Below, one piece after another: positions 22,897-34,611 of a stretch of DNA of 39,853 bases. Each line of letters opens with the position of its first letter. The first letter of the stretch is position 1. The notes under the pieces were generated by a model. That model saw nothing but the letters and a program-made list of their open reading frames with translations, did not search any database and had not been told where the DNA came from. The translations under genes and the position numbers were made by a program. Source of the stretch: Nemertoderma westbladi (Eukaryota; Animalia; Xenacoelomorpha); the NCBI GenBank assembly GCA_032718475.1, contig JAUCBJ010007017.1:1-39853 (forward strand), given 5' to 3'.

Positions 22897-25472
22897 AGAA
22901 TATATCTGTAGTAAATTGACTTATATTGAATTAAAGAATATATCTGTAGTAAATTGACTTATATTGAATTAAAGAATATATCTGTAGTAAATTGACTTAT
23001 ATTTAATTAAAGAATATATCTGTAGTAAATTGACTTATATTGAATTAAAGAATATATCTGTAGTAAATTGACTTATATTGAATTAAAGAATATATCTGTA
23101 GTAAATTGACTTATATTGAATTAAAAAATATATATGTAGTAAATTGACTTATATTGAATTAAAGAATATATCTGTAGTAAATTGACTTATATTGAATTAA
23201 AGAATATATCTGTAGTAAATTGACTTATATTGAATTAAAGAATATATCTGTAGTAAATTGACTTATATTGAATTAAAGAATATATCTGTAGTAAATTGAC
23301 TTATATTGAATTAAAGAATATATCTGTAGTAAATTGACTTATATTGAATTAAAAAATATATATGTAGTAAATTGACTTATATTGAATTAAAGAATATATC
23401 TGTAGTAAATTGACTTATATTGAATTAAAGAATATATCTGTAGTAAATTGACTTATATTGAATTAAAGAATATATCTGTAGTAAATTGACTTATATTGAA
23501 TTAAAGAATATATCTGTAGTAAATTGACTTATATAGAATTAAAGAATATATCTGTAGTAAATTGACTTATATTGAATTAAAGAATATATCTGTAGTAAAT
23601 TGACTTATATTGAATTAAAGAATATATCTGTAGTAAATTGACTTATATTGAATTAAAGAATATATCTGTAGTAAATTGACTTATATTGAATTAAAGAATA
23701 TATCTGTAGTAAATTGACTTATATTGAATTAAAGAATATATCTGTAGTAAATTGACTTATATTGAATTAAAGAATATATCTGGAGTAAATTGACTTATAT
23801 TGAATTAAAGAATATATCTGTAGTAAATTGACTTATATTGAATTAAAGAATATATCTGTAGTAAATTGACTTATATTGAATTAAAGAATATATCTGTAGT
23901 AAATTGACTTATATTGAATTTAAGAATATATCTGTAGTAAATTGACTTATATTGAATTAAAGAATATATCTGGAGTAAATTGACTTATATTGAATTAAAG
24001 AATATATCTGTAGTAAATTGACTTATATTGAATTAAAGAATATATCTGTAGTAAATTGACTTATATTGAATTAAAGAATATATCTGTAGTAAATTGACTT
24101 AATTGAATTAAAGAATATATCTGTAGTAAATTGACTTATATTGAATTAAAGAATATATCTGTAGTAAATTGACTTATATTGAATTAAAGAATATATCTGT
24201 AGTAAATTGACTTATATTGAATTAAAGAATATATCTGTAGTAAATTGACTTATATTGAATTAAAGAATATATCTGTAGTAAATTGACTTATATTGAATTA
24301 AAAAATATATATGTATTAAATTGACTTATATTGAATTAAAGAATATATCTGTAGTAAATTGACTTATATTGAATTAAAGAATATATCTGTAGTAAATTGA
24401 CTTATATTGAATTAAAGAATATATCTGTAGTAAATTGACTTATATTGAATTAAAGAATATATCTGTAGTAAATTGACTTATATAGAATTAAAGAATATAT
24501 CTGTAGTAAATTGACTTATATTGAATTAAAGAATATATCTGTAGTAAATTGACTTATATTGAATTAAAGAATATATCTGTAGTAAATTGACTTATATTGA
24601 ATTAAAAAATATATATGTTGTAAATTGACTTATATTGAATTAAAGAATATATCTGTAGTAAATTGACTTATATTGAATTAAAGAATATATCTGTAGTAAA
24701 TTGACTTATATTGAATTAAAGAATATATCTGTAGTAAATTGACTTATATTGAATTAAAGAATATATCTGTAGTAAATTGACTTATATAGAATTAAAGAAT
24801 ATATCTGTAGTAAATTGACTTATATTGAATTAAAGTATATATCTGTAGTAAATTGACTTATATTGAATTAAAGAATATATCTGTAGTAAATTGACTTATA
24901 TTGAATTAAAGAATATATCTGTAGTCAATTGACTTATATTGAATTAAAGAATATATCTGTAGTAAATTGACTTATATTGAATTAAAGAATATATCTGTAG
25001 TAAATTGACTTATATTGAATTAAAGAATATATCTGTAGTAAATTGACTTATAATGAATTAAAGAATATATCTGTAGTAAATTGACTTATATTGAATTAAA
25101 GAATATATTTGTAGTAAATTGACTTATATTGAATTAAAGAATATATCTGTAGTAAATTGACTTATTTTGAATTAAAGAATATATCTGTAGTAAATTAACT
25201 TATATAGAATTAAAGAATATATCTGTAGTAAATTGACTTATATAGAATTAAAGAATATATCTGTAGTAAATTGACTTATATTGAATTAAAGTATATATCT
25301 GTAGTAAATTGACTTATATTGAATTAAAGAATATATCTGTAGTAAATTGACTTATATTGAATTAAAGAATATATCTGTAGTAAATTGACTTATATTGAAT
25401 TAAAGAAAATATCTGTAATAAATTGACTTATATTGAATTAAAGAATATATCTGTAGTAAATTGACTTATATT
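22897..25472. repeat. 38-bp AT-rich minisatellite (AGAATATATCTGTAGTAAATTGACTTATATTGAATTAA)n, ~68 copies
   Basis: 38-bp period visible directly (22897, 22935, ...); highly homogeneous. Confidence 0.97.
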
Positions 25473-25645
25473 ATTCGAATAGTTTTATTACTTACAATTA
25501 GAAACTGATGAAGAAGGATAGTTTATTGTACAATTGGTTGACCTGCTTCGTTTCTTTGTATTGTTCAAATTATGACTCACATGATTAACTGCTCCTAATT
25601 ACAGGTATTGTACCAGATGCACTTAGAATAGCCAGAATTATCTCT

Positions 25646-26284
25646 GTGTTTAAATCTGAGGACCCCACCCTGCCCCAAAAGTATAGACCCATCATATCCG
25701 TGCTCCCACTGTTCTCCAAAATCTACGAAAAAATTGTATACAAGCAATTGATTAAGTACCTCAATAGCCATAACATTCTCTCACCAAGGCAATTTGGTTT
25801 CCGTCTTAAACGCTCAACTCAACTAGCACTACTATCTCTCCTTGATAATATAACATCTGCAGCTGAAAATAAAGACATTTCAATTGCCATATCTATTGAC
25901 CTTGCCAAGGCCTTTGATACAGTAAACCACGATATCCTCATTCAAAAACTACAGGCATATGGGATTGGTGGAAACGCGCTGAACTGGTTTAAGAGCTACT
26001 TAAGTAACCGTAAACAATCTGTTGCCATAGGTAACAGTTCTTCTGCTGACCTCCTTAATATAAACTATGGGGTGCCGCAAGGATCCATTTTGGGACCCCT
26101 ATTATTCCTTATTTACTGTAACGACATCGTCAATGTTTCACAAAAAATATTTTTTATTTTATTTGCTGACGACACAAATATTGTTTGCTCACACAAGGAT
26201 ATTGATACACTTATTACGGCTGTGAATGTGGAACTTGATAAACTTTTTAAATGGTTTTGTGTAAACCGTATTTCCCTAAATTAA
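25646..26284 (+). pseudogene. Reverse transcriptase fragment of the truncated LINE
   Basis: Canonical non-LTR RT motifs; continues after frameshifts in 26395..26592, ~26662..26834 and 28683..28898. Confidence 0.9.
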
Positions 26285-26831
26285 AAAAAACGAAATATTG
26301 AATAATAAAACCTCATAACGTTTCCATACCAATTAATCCCACGACAGTTAAAATTAATGACCAAATTATCCAAAAATCAAACAGCATCAAATTTTTGGGA
26401 ATCATCATTGATGAAAATTTATCTTGGAAACCACAAATCCTAAAATTATTTTCTACTGTTAGCAAAAACATTGGTGTAATAAACAAAGTCAAAGCATTTG
26501 CATCTGGCCAAGCCCTACATTGCCTTTACTACTCCTTGATTAATCCATATTTAAATTACTCTGTATCGCTGTCTGGGGCCACACATCACTGAATCATAGT
26601 GCTGAAAATACAAGCGACCCAACACCAAGAAACAGATGCAAATAATCAGTAAATACAATGACAATTGGAAAACTCCAAAAGGCTCAAACTAAAATCATAA
26701 ATATTATAAACAAACGCAATCCAGAATTTAAACCCCTGACTATTTCCGATATGTACGTTGAGAGCATCGCGTTGATCAGCTTTAAGTATCTCAATAACAT
26801 CCTCCCCCCCATGATGTCCTACCAAACCTTT

Positions 26832-28720
26832 TGACCTCAGTGTCGGCTGTTCACTCACATAACACGCGTGACCTCAGTATCGGCTGTTCACTCACATAAC
26901 ACGCGTGACCTCAGTGTCGGCTGTTCAATCACATAACACGCGTGACCTCAGTGTTGGCTGTTCACTCACATAACACGCGTGACCTCAGTATCGGCTGTTC
27001 ACTCACATAACACGCGTGACCTCAGTGTCGGCTGTTCACTCACATAACACGCGTGACCTCAGTGTCGGCTGTTCACTCACATAACACGCGTGACCTCAGT
27101 GTCGGCTGTTCACTCACATAACACGCGTGACCTCAGTGTCGGCTGTTCACTCACATAACACGCGTGACCTCAGTGTCGGCTGTTCACTCACATAACACGC
27201 GTGACCTCAGTATCGGCTGTTCACTCACATAACACGCGTGACCTCAGTGTCGGCTGTTCACTCACATAACACGCGTGACCTCAGTGTCGGCTGTTCACTC
27301 ACATAACACGCGTGACCTCAGTGTCGGCTGTTCACTCACATAACACGCGTGACCTCAGTGTCGGCTGTTCACTCACATAACACGCGTGACCTCAGTGTCG
27401 GCTGTTCACTCACATAACACGCGTGACCTCAGTGTCGGCTGTTCACTCACATAACACGCGTGACCTCAGTGTCGGCTGTTCACTCACATAACACGCGTGA
27501 CCTCAGTGTCGGCTGTTCACTCACATAACACGCGTGACCTCAGTGTCGGCTGTTCACTCACATAACACGCGTGACCTCAGTGTCGGCTGTTCACTCACAT
27601 AACACGCGTGACCTCAGTGTCGGCTGTTCACTCACATAACACGCGTGACCTCAGTGTCGGCTGTTCACTCACATAACACGCGTGACCTCAGTGTCGGCTG
27701 TTCACTCACATAACACGCGTGACCTCAGTGTCGGCTGTTCACTCACATAACACGCGTGACCTCAGTGTCGGCTGTTCACTCACATAACACGCGTGACCTC
27801 AGTGTCGGCTGTTCACTCACATAACACGCGTGACCTCAGTGTCGGCTGTTCACTCACATAACACGCGTGACCTCAGTTTCGGCTGTTCACTCACATAACA
27901 CGCGTGACCTCAGTGTCGGCTGTTCACTCACATAACACGCGTGACCTCAGTATCGGCTGTTCAATCACATAACACGCGTGACCTCAGTGTCGGCTGTTCA
28001 ATCACATAACACGCGTGACCTCAGTATCGGCTGTTCACTCACATAACACGCGTGACCTCAGTGTCGGCTGTTCACTCACATAACACGCGTGACCTCAGCG
28101 TCGGCTGTTCAATCACATAACACGCGTGACCTCAGTATCGACTGTTCACTCACATAACACGCGTGACCTCAGTGTCGGCTGTTCACTCACATAACACGCG
28201 TGACCTCAGTGTCGGCTGTTCACTCACATAACACGCGTGACCTCAGTGTCGGCTGTGTTCACTCACATAACACGCGTGACCTCAGTATCGGCTGTTCACT
28301 CACATAACACGCGTGACCTCAGTATCGGCTGTTCACTCACATAACACGCGTGACCTCATTATCGGCTGTTCACTCACATAACACGCGTGACCTCAGTGTC
28401 GGCTGTTCACTCACATAACACGCGTGACCTCAGTATCGGCTGTTCAATCACATAACACGCGTGACCTCAGTGTCGGCTGTTCACTCACATAACACGCGTG
28501 ACCTCAGTATCGGCTGTTCAATCACATAACACGCGTGACCTCAGTGTCGGCTGTTCAATCACATAACACGCGTGACCTCAGTATCGGCTGTTCACTCACA
28601 TAACACGCGTGACCTCAGTGTCGGCTGTTCACTCACATAACACGCGTGACCTCAGTGTCGGCTGTTCACTCACATAACACGCGTGACCTCAGTTTCGGCT
28701 GTTCGCTCACATAACACGCG
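26832..28720. repeat. 37-bp minisatellite (TGACCTCAGTGTCGGCTGTTCACTCACATAACACGCG)n, 51 copies, derived from LINE ORF2
   Basis: 37-bp period; 1889 bp = 51x37 plus one 2-bp insertion; the unit encodes TSVSAVHSHNTR. Confidence 0.96.
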
Positions 28721-29202
28721 CCAATCGTCAAACCAAAATTCGTTTCATCAACGGTTTCGCCTCAAAATACGTCGGCAATCTATTTATATTGTTTCCCCTT
28801 TGATTTGGAATAGCCTGCCAACATCTGTAAGGCAGAGCGCCAGAATAAATATTAAAAAAAAACACCTAAGGCAACATCTTTTGAATGGATCTACGTAGGT
28901 TGCTCCAAGGCCTAGTATCCAAATCTATAGATTTAGTTTAATTATTTCGCGTACGCTCTACATCTCCTTTTATACAATACATTATAATAATAAATATTTT
29001 GCAGTATCTATTTTGCATGCATGCATACACTACAACAGTAGGATAATTGTCAGCTTATTTTAGTCTAGTATCATAGCATTATTTGATTTAGTAAACTTCC
29101 AACCTTAACTTCAACTTAAATTTTGCAGTTCAGTGTCAGTACTTAGTAATTGGTAGGTTCAGTATTTTTACATAGCTCTTTACATTTTTTTTTATATTCT
29201 TA

Positions 29203-29241
29203 ATGGTGGATAGTGTAAGGGACTACCCGTCTGTCCACCAT
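29203..29241 (+). other. 3' UTR stem-loop of the truncated LINE
   Basis: atggtggatag pairs with ctgtccaccat (11 bp, one G-U), ~140 nt before the tail. Confidence 0.55.
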
Positions 29242-29986
29242 CTGCACATTGCATGCATGATACCGTGAACACCATAATAGTTATTATTATTTTATTTACT
29301 CCCAGTATTTCACAATTATTATATTATATTATGTATTATTCAATTTATTGCATGTCTTTGTGCGGTAAATGTTGATGAATAAGAATAAAAATAAGAATAA
29401 GAATTCATAAATTCTAATAATTTACCTTATTAATTGTGTCGGTATTAAAGAATTGTGTCGGTAGCTAATATCCACCAAAAGTAATACCAGACACTTTGTT
29501 TACATGTTTCCCAGACTGCCAGAATAATTTTATATCTCCTGGACTAGAATGCCTCCCGTTTGCAATAATGAAATGCAGAGGAGATGCTTGTTTGGATGCC
29601 ATCTGGATCCCAAATGAATGGGGGAATTCGTACGCGTTACATATAACGCCATTGCGGTGCAACTCCCATATAATAATAGGCAATCGTAAGCAATCGATAA
29701 CCCCCCCCCCCCCCCCCCCCCCCCCAATATGGAGACCCGCCTATATAAACTGTATGTATATATATACCATACACACACATCGTAGCATATTGCTTCTCTT
29801 TGTACAATAATTATGCGTCATATCTGTAGGAATACAGGGTGATTTATACGTTTACATAATATGTACGATTGAGTCACTGTGCGAAGTATTTTTAAGTAAA
29901 AATGTGATTGTAAATTAGGAATTTCCTCTCATCATAAGTTTTTAAATTTTTTACATTCTTTAATTCATTAACAAATATAATATAAA

Positions 29987-30331
29987 ATGTCACGCCTTTT
30001 AAAAGAAATTATTATCCTTAGTTTCCTGTTGGTGTTCCATCTAGCGGCAGGAGTTGATATCGAATGTTACACTTACGAGTATTTCTGCGACATGTCGCTA
30101 GATGGCGGTGGCGTTTGTTACGGTCTGTTGCCGGGCGACAGCCGCTTGTGTACCGGGGATGGAGTCAAGTACTGCTACACGGGGGTCTATTACGAGGAGA
30201 CCAACCCGTCTGTAGTATACTACAAGGGCGGATGTTCGAGCTGCGATAAGTTGGGGATGTTGAGCGGGACGTGTCAGAGTCTGGGGTCTCCGCTGACTCA
30301 AGTCTCTGACTCAAATCAACGGTGTATCAAG
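29987..30331 (+). CDS. Nested gene exon 1: secreted Cys-rich Ly6/uPAR (three-finger)-like protein
   Basis: aaaATG start; signal peptide MSRLLKEIIILSFLLVFHLAAG; IECY start; KYCY and KGGC motifs; donor AAG|gtacgt, phase 0; GC-rich against an AT-rich background. Confidence 0.85.
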
Positions 30332-30761
30332 GTACGTTGTAACTATGGAGTTCTGTAGGTCTATGTCTGTCTGGCCTTGCTGCTTTTATTTAGGGCGTGT
30401 GGGACAACATTCCGATGCTGTAAATAATAATTTTATAAATTTTAAAAATGAAAGAATAAAATCTGACTAAACTAACGCCCAACTTTGTTCAATAAATTAC
30501 TGTGGCTAATTAGTTTCCACCAACGTTGTGCCCAAGCTATAAATGGCCGTGTAAAACACTGTATAATATTAATTCCATTTAAATTTCATCATGCTTCTTT
30601 AGCGAATAATTACCGTTTTCAACAAAATTATGTTCTGCTGTGGTTTCAAATCAAAATATAATTGTACTGTATAGAGTTTTCGTGCGATTATCTTATGATA
30701 CCGTCACCTTAATAAATAAATATTTTTCAGCCGTTACAACTGACTGTAAATATATTTTCAG

Positions 30762-30896
30762 AGATGCTGTGGTCTGGATCCCGAGATGACCACCCAGGAG
30801 CAAGAAGATGCAGTTTCCACGGTAACTAAGTGCAACATGCCGGACTACCCAATAGCAGAACCGAGTGTGCCACCCCCAGAATCGGACGATTTATAA
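30762..30896 (+). CDS. Nested gene exon 2 (RCCGLDPEMTTQEQEDAVSTVTKCNMPDYPIAEPSVPPPESDDL*)
   Basis: Acceptor attttcag, phase 0; supplies the CC...CN terminus; spliced product 159 aa with 12 Cys. Confidence 0.78.
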   Translation, partial: RCCGLDPEMTTQEQEDAVSTVTKCNMPDYPIAEPSVPPPESDDL

Positions 30897-31442
30897 TTTA
30901 CGTTTATCTGCGACCACCGACCTTGTACGTACAGTCGAATTAAATTCCAAAAGTTACAAACAGATTTACACAAACATATTTACAAAAACATATATTGGGA
31001 AAAACGATTTAATTCAATATGTTTTTTCTGAGATTAATTTTCAGTGGACTAACACCCATATTAATTAATTGACCTCAAAATGTAGGATTAGAAGAAATAT
31101 CATCTTTTGGATACATGGATGAGCGCAGATGTTAATATAAAGTCTCTTATAAATTTTATAATTATTAATTCCATTGTAGTAATTTGTACTAGTAATTTAC
31201 ATATATTACAGTTTGAACTGGTTTAAAAAGTGACCTATCATAAAAAGTTTGGTGCATTTTGTGTGAATGGTTAGGTATTATTGTTGGACTGTACAACTGT
31301 ACTGTCTTGATGTTACATACACTTAACTTGTTCTTTTCTGTAAAACTATAAGTAAATTCCACCCATTTTCAGTGTTTTGTTTTTGTACTGTGTACAGTAC
31401 TGTTTATACAGTATAGGCCTACAATGTAAATAATATACTCAC

Positions 31443-31683
31443 AGATCTACAGTTTCATTAACTGTGTTCTCCATATATTCTTTATCTAAAGCACCAGTGG
31501 TAATGTTAGCTCTCCTGACTTCCTCTCTCGCACTCAGCATGTTATCGACTAGACCCCTGTAGTATTTCTCGTCAGATGTGTTGAAAAACTTTGCGTATCT
31601 TTGCAGGGCCTCTGTTTCGGTTCCCCGGACTTCAAGTTTATCCAGAAGATCAAGCCCTCGATTAGCCCAGGGTGTAATTTTGC
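31443..31683 (-). CDS. SYNE1: Nesprin-1-like exon (KITPWANRG...TVDL), 241 nt, phase 1/2
   Basis: Acceptor aatacag, donor gtgagt; phase matches the exon at 21488. Confidence 0.85.
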
Positions 31684-32187
31684 CTGTATTAGTAGAAAGG
31701 ATTATATATAAAGTATATTGCATCATATTGATTCAAATTATTTTGTATTTAATTTATAAATTTCCAAAGTGACATACAGTATTCGTATCAGATGGGGCGA
31801 GCCACGAAGTCTGAGCCCGTCCGCAATGCATATTTGACCCGAACCACTACTAAACAATATATGATACTGTTTGCTGTTCCCTACTCTTATATATTTTTAT
31901 ACTGATATACAGAATAATATATTATTCTGTAATGTTGCATCAGATTATATTTGATTGAATTGTTTTTAATGTCATGGGTATCATTCATACTCCCAGCCAT
32001 TGCCGGCTTATCCGACATAACAATATTACATTTACATACAAAACATTAACAACAACTGCACAATAACTTCACAAAATTAACTGCACAATAAAGACCTGAC
32101 AAGATAGTTTATGGTTTATTAATTGAGAGAGTATAAAAACGTTTTTTATGGTTGCTATGTTTATAGTTGTCATATATATTTACAAAC

Positions 32188-32352
32188 CTATGCAATCATG
32201 AATATCGTTTAGAGGTGGAGATATTTCACTAAACATCCTGATTTGATCTCCAGCTGCAGTCCGTATGCCAAGCAATCTGTCTTTGATCATTTTAAGCGTG
32301 TTGAGCATGGATGAAACAGCTTCAGGAGATAAATCTTTTACCATGGATTGCG
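32188..32352 (-). CDS. SYNE1: Nesprin-1-like exon (AQSMVKDLSPE...HDCI), 165 nt, phase 1/1
   Basis: Acceptor ttcttcag, donor gtttgt. Confidence 0.85.
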
Positions 32353-32847
32353 CTGAAGAATTACAATAAACACGAGTGAACAGTGACACAGGACAGAATT
32401 CCTATAGGGTCAGGTATACTAAGTAAGTGATATGTTTAATAGGCTACTTGTGTAAGCGCTTTATAAATATATTAGGGTTAAATAATATTATGTTGAAAAA
32501 TAGGGTCTATACCCTGGTTCAAAAAATAATAAGTGTAAGTATCAGTCAATTTGACGTAGGGGCCTACCACCTACCAGTCTAATTGATCCAACTTTCTTCT
32601 GTATGTACGTATATTACAATCACATCACATCAAACGTAACCCTGTTATATCTGATTACACAAGAAACACACAAGTATTCAAACCCCTTCTTTATAAGAAG
32701 TTAAAATAAAAATCCCTTTCGCTGAAAACTGAATTAAACATAACCATTTTTGAGTTAAATTAATCTCCTCTTAAAACAAACAATTTCTAGACCATATTTC
32801 TGAAAACGTTTATAGCTTCTGTTTCCTTACAATCCCAAATAACATAC

Positions 32848-33032
32848 CTCCCATCGATGTCGTTTTAAATAGTGTTTCCATTTCAGTAATTTCTTCTCTG
32901 ACGTTCTCGAGGTCTTCAATGTTGTATTTGACAGGGAAGTAGGCGCAGAGGACATTGCCATTGAGCAAGATGTCCGCGTCTTCTATCCAAGACTCTAGTT
33001 TATCCACACTTGTATTATATTCTTCCATTAGT
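32848..33032 (-). CDS. SYNE1: Nesprin-1-like exon (LMEEYNTSVDKLESWIEDA...SMG), 185 nt, phase 2/1
   Basis: Acceptor ttttctag, donor gtatgt. Confidence 0.87.
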
Positions 33033-33311
33033 CTAGAAAAATATATATGTAATCTTAATGAATTTTGGAGCAGTTTGGTAATTTAGTAGCAAATTAAAGT
33101 TGTTGCAAAACTTTACTGTCTTGCATTCCATCAACAAATAAATCATAGACTCAACCAGTAAGTCCTGAATTAATGATATGTGTAAATGTGTCTTCAAAAT
33201 TATGGTGATTGTTTGCAAACATATAACGCCAAGCAATAAATTACTTGCTGTGTAGTTAAGTCATTTTTTCATATGTTTGAACCGTAACCGTTTCAGCCTA
33301 AACCAACTTAC

Positions 33312-33511
33312 CTTGATACCTCGTCAGCTCTCATGTAAACCCGCACGCAATCGAATATATCACGCCATCTAGAGTTGAGTAGGAGAAGCTGATGTTTGAT
33401 ATCCAATGCAACTTCGTCGTCAGTGCAATCAATGAGGAAGTTGCCGCAGCTGTTCATTTCCGTGTGAATTCGCTGCCAATGTTTCAAATTCGCGAAGAAT
33501 TGTTTCTGTTC
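33312..33511 (-). CDS. SYNE1: Nesprin-1-like exon (EQKQFFANLKHW...GNFLIDC...QLLLLNSRWRDIF...ADEVS), 200 nt, phase 0/2
   Basis: Acceptor attttag, donor gtaagt. Closely resembles vertebrate nesprin-1 as I recall it (FFRNLPHW...GNFLIETC...QLLLLNGRWRELF), which is the main basis for the gene call. Confidence 0.88.
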
Positions 33512-33949
33512 CTAAAATCATAAAACCACAACCGATCGCGAAGAATTCAAACAGATTGGTAGGGTCGATTTATTTGTCAGATATTTGAAAATGAAATCGA
33601 ATAAACGGTGGGATGGTTAAAGAGTCACCGTTGGCTGATTTGAGCTTCTGAAATGAGCTCTTGTCAGACTGGCTGCCAAGTAAACGTGTATTGGAAAACT
33701 TAGTCAAACCTATCCTTTTAAACAACGTTAGAGCTACTTGGGTATGATTTATTTGTGTGACTTTTTATTTCTATTTTCGGCGAATAGCTCACCATGGGAA
33801 TGAATAAATATTATGAATATGAAATAACAGATTTGTTTGTAACATGATAAATCTATAATTAAATATTAATATTAACTGAACAATGAAATATATATAGTTG
33901 ATGCATAATATATGGTATGGATTGTACCTCGTCCGGCCGATGTACCAAC

Positions 33950-34042
33950 CTCGTCTGGCCTATGTACCATTGGTTCTGCTGTGTCCAACCATTTCTGCAA
34001 ACTATCTACGGATTCATTGTATTTCAACCAATAATCCAAAAC
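33950..34042 (-). CDS. SYNE1: Nesprin-1-like exon (VLDYWLKYNESVDSLQKWLDTAEPMVHRPDE), 93 nt, phase 0/0
   Basis: Acceptor tatttag, donor gttggt (the only one in phase). Resembles recalled nesprin-1 VISNWDRY..VASLQAWLEDAE. Confidence 0.85.
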
Positions 34043-34611
34043 CTAAATAAGGAAAAAAAACATTATCAACATAAGAAACGTTCATCATCAACAGCAGCAA
34101 CATCATTTACAATAATGTGCAATTTATAGTTTGCATGTGAAAGAATATATGCTCAACGTATAGCGAGATACCATATTAATCCACCCATAAAAAATGCAAA
34201 CTCATAGATAAAAAAACCCAAAAAATAACATTAAACCAAATCCAGGTGGAGGCAAGAAGGCACAGGGTGCTAGGCCAGTTACAAATATGTCTACATAATA
34301 CAATAAAAATTTAGTACTGCGGAAACACACATTAAGAAGACATTGCAACTAGGTATGATGTCCTTCCATTATGTAAGTATAATTTTGGTTAATATTTAAT
34401 TTCTGCTTTCTGGGTTATAATTTCGGGACTACCTTAGGGGTTAGAAATAAGTAAAGTAAACAACGAAAATTTAATATGCCTCTCCTCCAGGTTCGATCAC
34501 GGAACCTGCCAGAAGTGGATCAAACGATTAACCTCGAAATCGTTAGTTGGTTATATTAAGATATTGAGTTGCCAGGATATTGCATGTAAATCATGTTGTA
34601 AATTTTCTTTT

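Larger units (their letters stand above)
25583..29404 (+). mobile_element. 5'-truncated, degraded CR1/L2-group LINE (RT to 3' tail), antisense to the host gene, expanded internally by a minisatellite
   Basis: RT motifs KYRPI, QFGFR, DLAKAFD, GVPQGSILGPLLF, FADD; C-terminal HSHNTR and IWNSLP; (AATAAG)n tail at ~29378-29404. Confidence 0.9.

Noticed and set aside
29465-29810. Overlapping short ORFs around the poly-C tract
   Set aside because: No recognisable product, and the poly-Pro/Gly comes from the homopolymer.
34485-34510. Box B-like ggttcgatcac
   Set aside because: No matching box A, cloverleaf or SINE tail nearby.
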